Source of the DNA: Chloroflexota bacterium
Lineage (GTDB): Bacteria > Chloroflexota > Dehalococcoidia > Lucifugimonadales > UBA3495
Reading direction: 5' to 3'
NCBI GenBank assembly: GCA_022570905.1
Contig: JACZYV010000003.1
Location: forward strand, 1 to 49,320
DNA: 49,320 bases
Part shown: positions 49,101 to 49,320 of the stretch, piece by piece
Numbering within the stretch: position 1 is the stretch's first letter
How the letters are laid out: each line of letters opens with the position of its first letter
Notes under the pieces: generated by a model
Database searches by the model: none
What the model saw: the letters and a program-made list of their open reading frames with translations, nothing else
Told to the model about the DNA's origin: nothing
Program-made: the position numbers and the translations under genes

Positions 49101-49320
49101 ATGATAAATCTGATATTACAGAGTATTTACCGCGTCCGGCGTAAGAAAAAACTCGGTGGCGGTATCGTATTGTTTGCTCTCATCCTCAGCATTGTCGGCA
49201 ATGCGATGACGTTCTATCTATTCGAGAGAGGCATACGCCCGGAGTTATCGATTGGAGATAGCTTTTGGTACAGTATGATATCGATTACCACAATCGGATA
49301 CGGTGACCTTTCCGCCACAA
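49101..49320 (+). CDS. Potassium channel, 5' part (runs off the window end)
   Basis: Not in the ORF track. MINLILQSIYRVRRKKKLGGGIVLFALILSIVGNAMTFYLFE...DSFWYSMISITTIGYGDLSAT contains the TTIGYGD selectivity filter; alternative in-frame ATG at 49080. Confidence 0.9.
   Translation, partial: MINLILQSIYRVRRKKKLGGGIVLFALILSIVGNAMTFYLFERGIRPELSIGDSFWYSMISITTIGYGDLSAT

Overview
GC-rich bacterial chromosome segment. The gene set and protein styles suggest a Chloroflexota/Dehalococcoidia (SAR202-like) organism, which is an inference. The left half (1-24 kb) is mainly catabolic/accessory: partial aryl-sulfate sulfotransferase, CYP199-like P450, NIPSNAP, typA, two secreted Ig-fold proteins, DinB, an orphan Mo-hydroxylase large subunit, a vapBC pair, an LLM monooxygenase, HpcH aldolase, D-aminoacylase, an orphan SsuA/THI5-fold protein, an esterase, a solo Cas4-like nuclease, MFS, FAD-oxidase, ABM and NhaA. 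The middle and right contain a thrC-like/NIL/MoaD operon and housekeeping genes (tgt, aroK/aroB, purQ, purA, dapA/asd/dapB, pnp, rpsO). tRNA-Arg(CCG) is followed by a more AT-rich accessory stretch: USP, gene fragments, an uncharacterised Cys-His-Asp (NAT/transglutaminase-like) protein and a K+ channel cut by the window edge. Two families of REP-like palindromes are scattered in intergenic DNA. No CRISPR array, integrase or transposase was seen. The best leads are the Cys-His-Asp protein plus K+ channel pair, the thrC-NIL-MoaD sulfur-carrier operon, a promoter/terminator-bounded candidate small RNA at about 13.3 kb, interleaved domains in the secreted Ig protein, and the signal-less CEWG binding-protein-fold protein. 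All calls come from reading motifs by eye; no searches were run.
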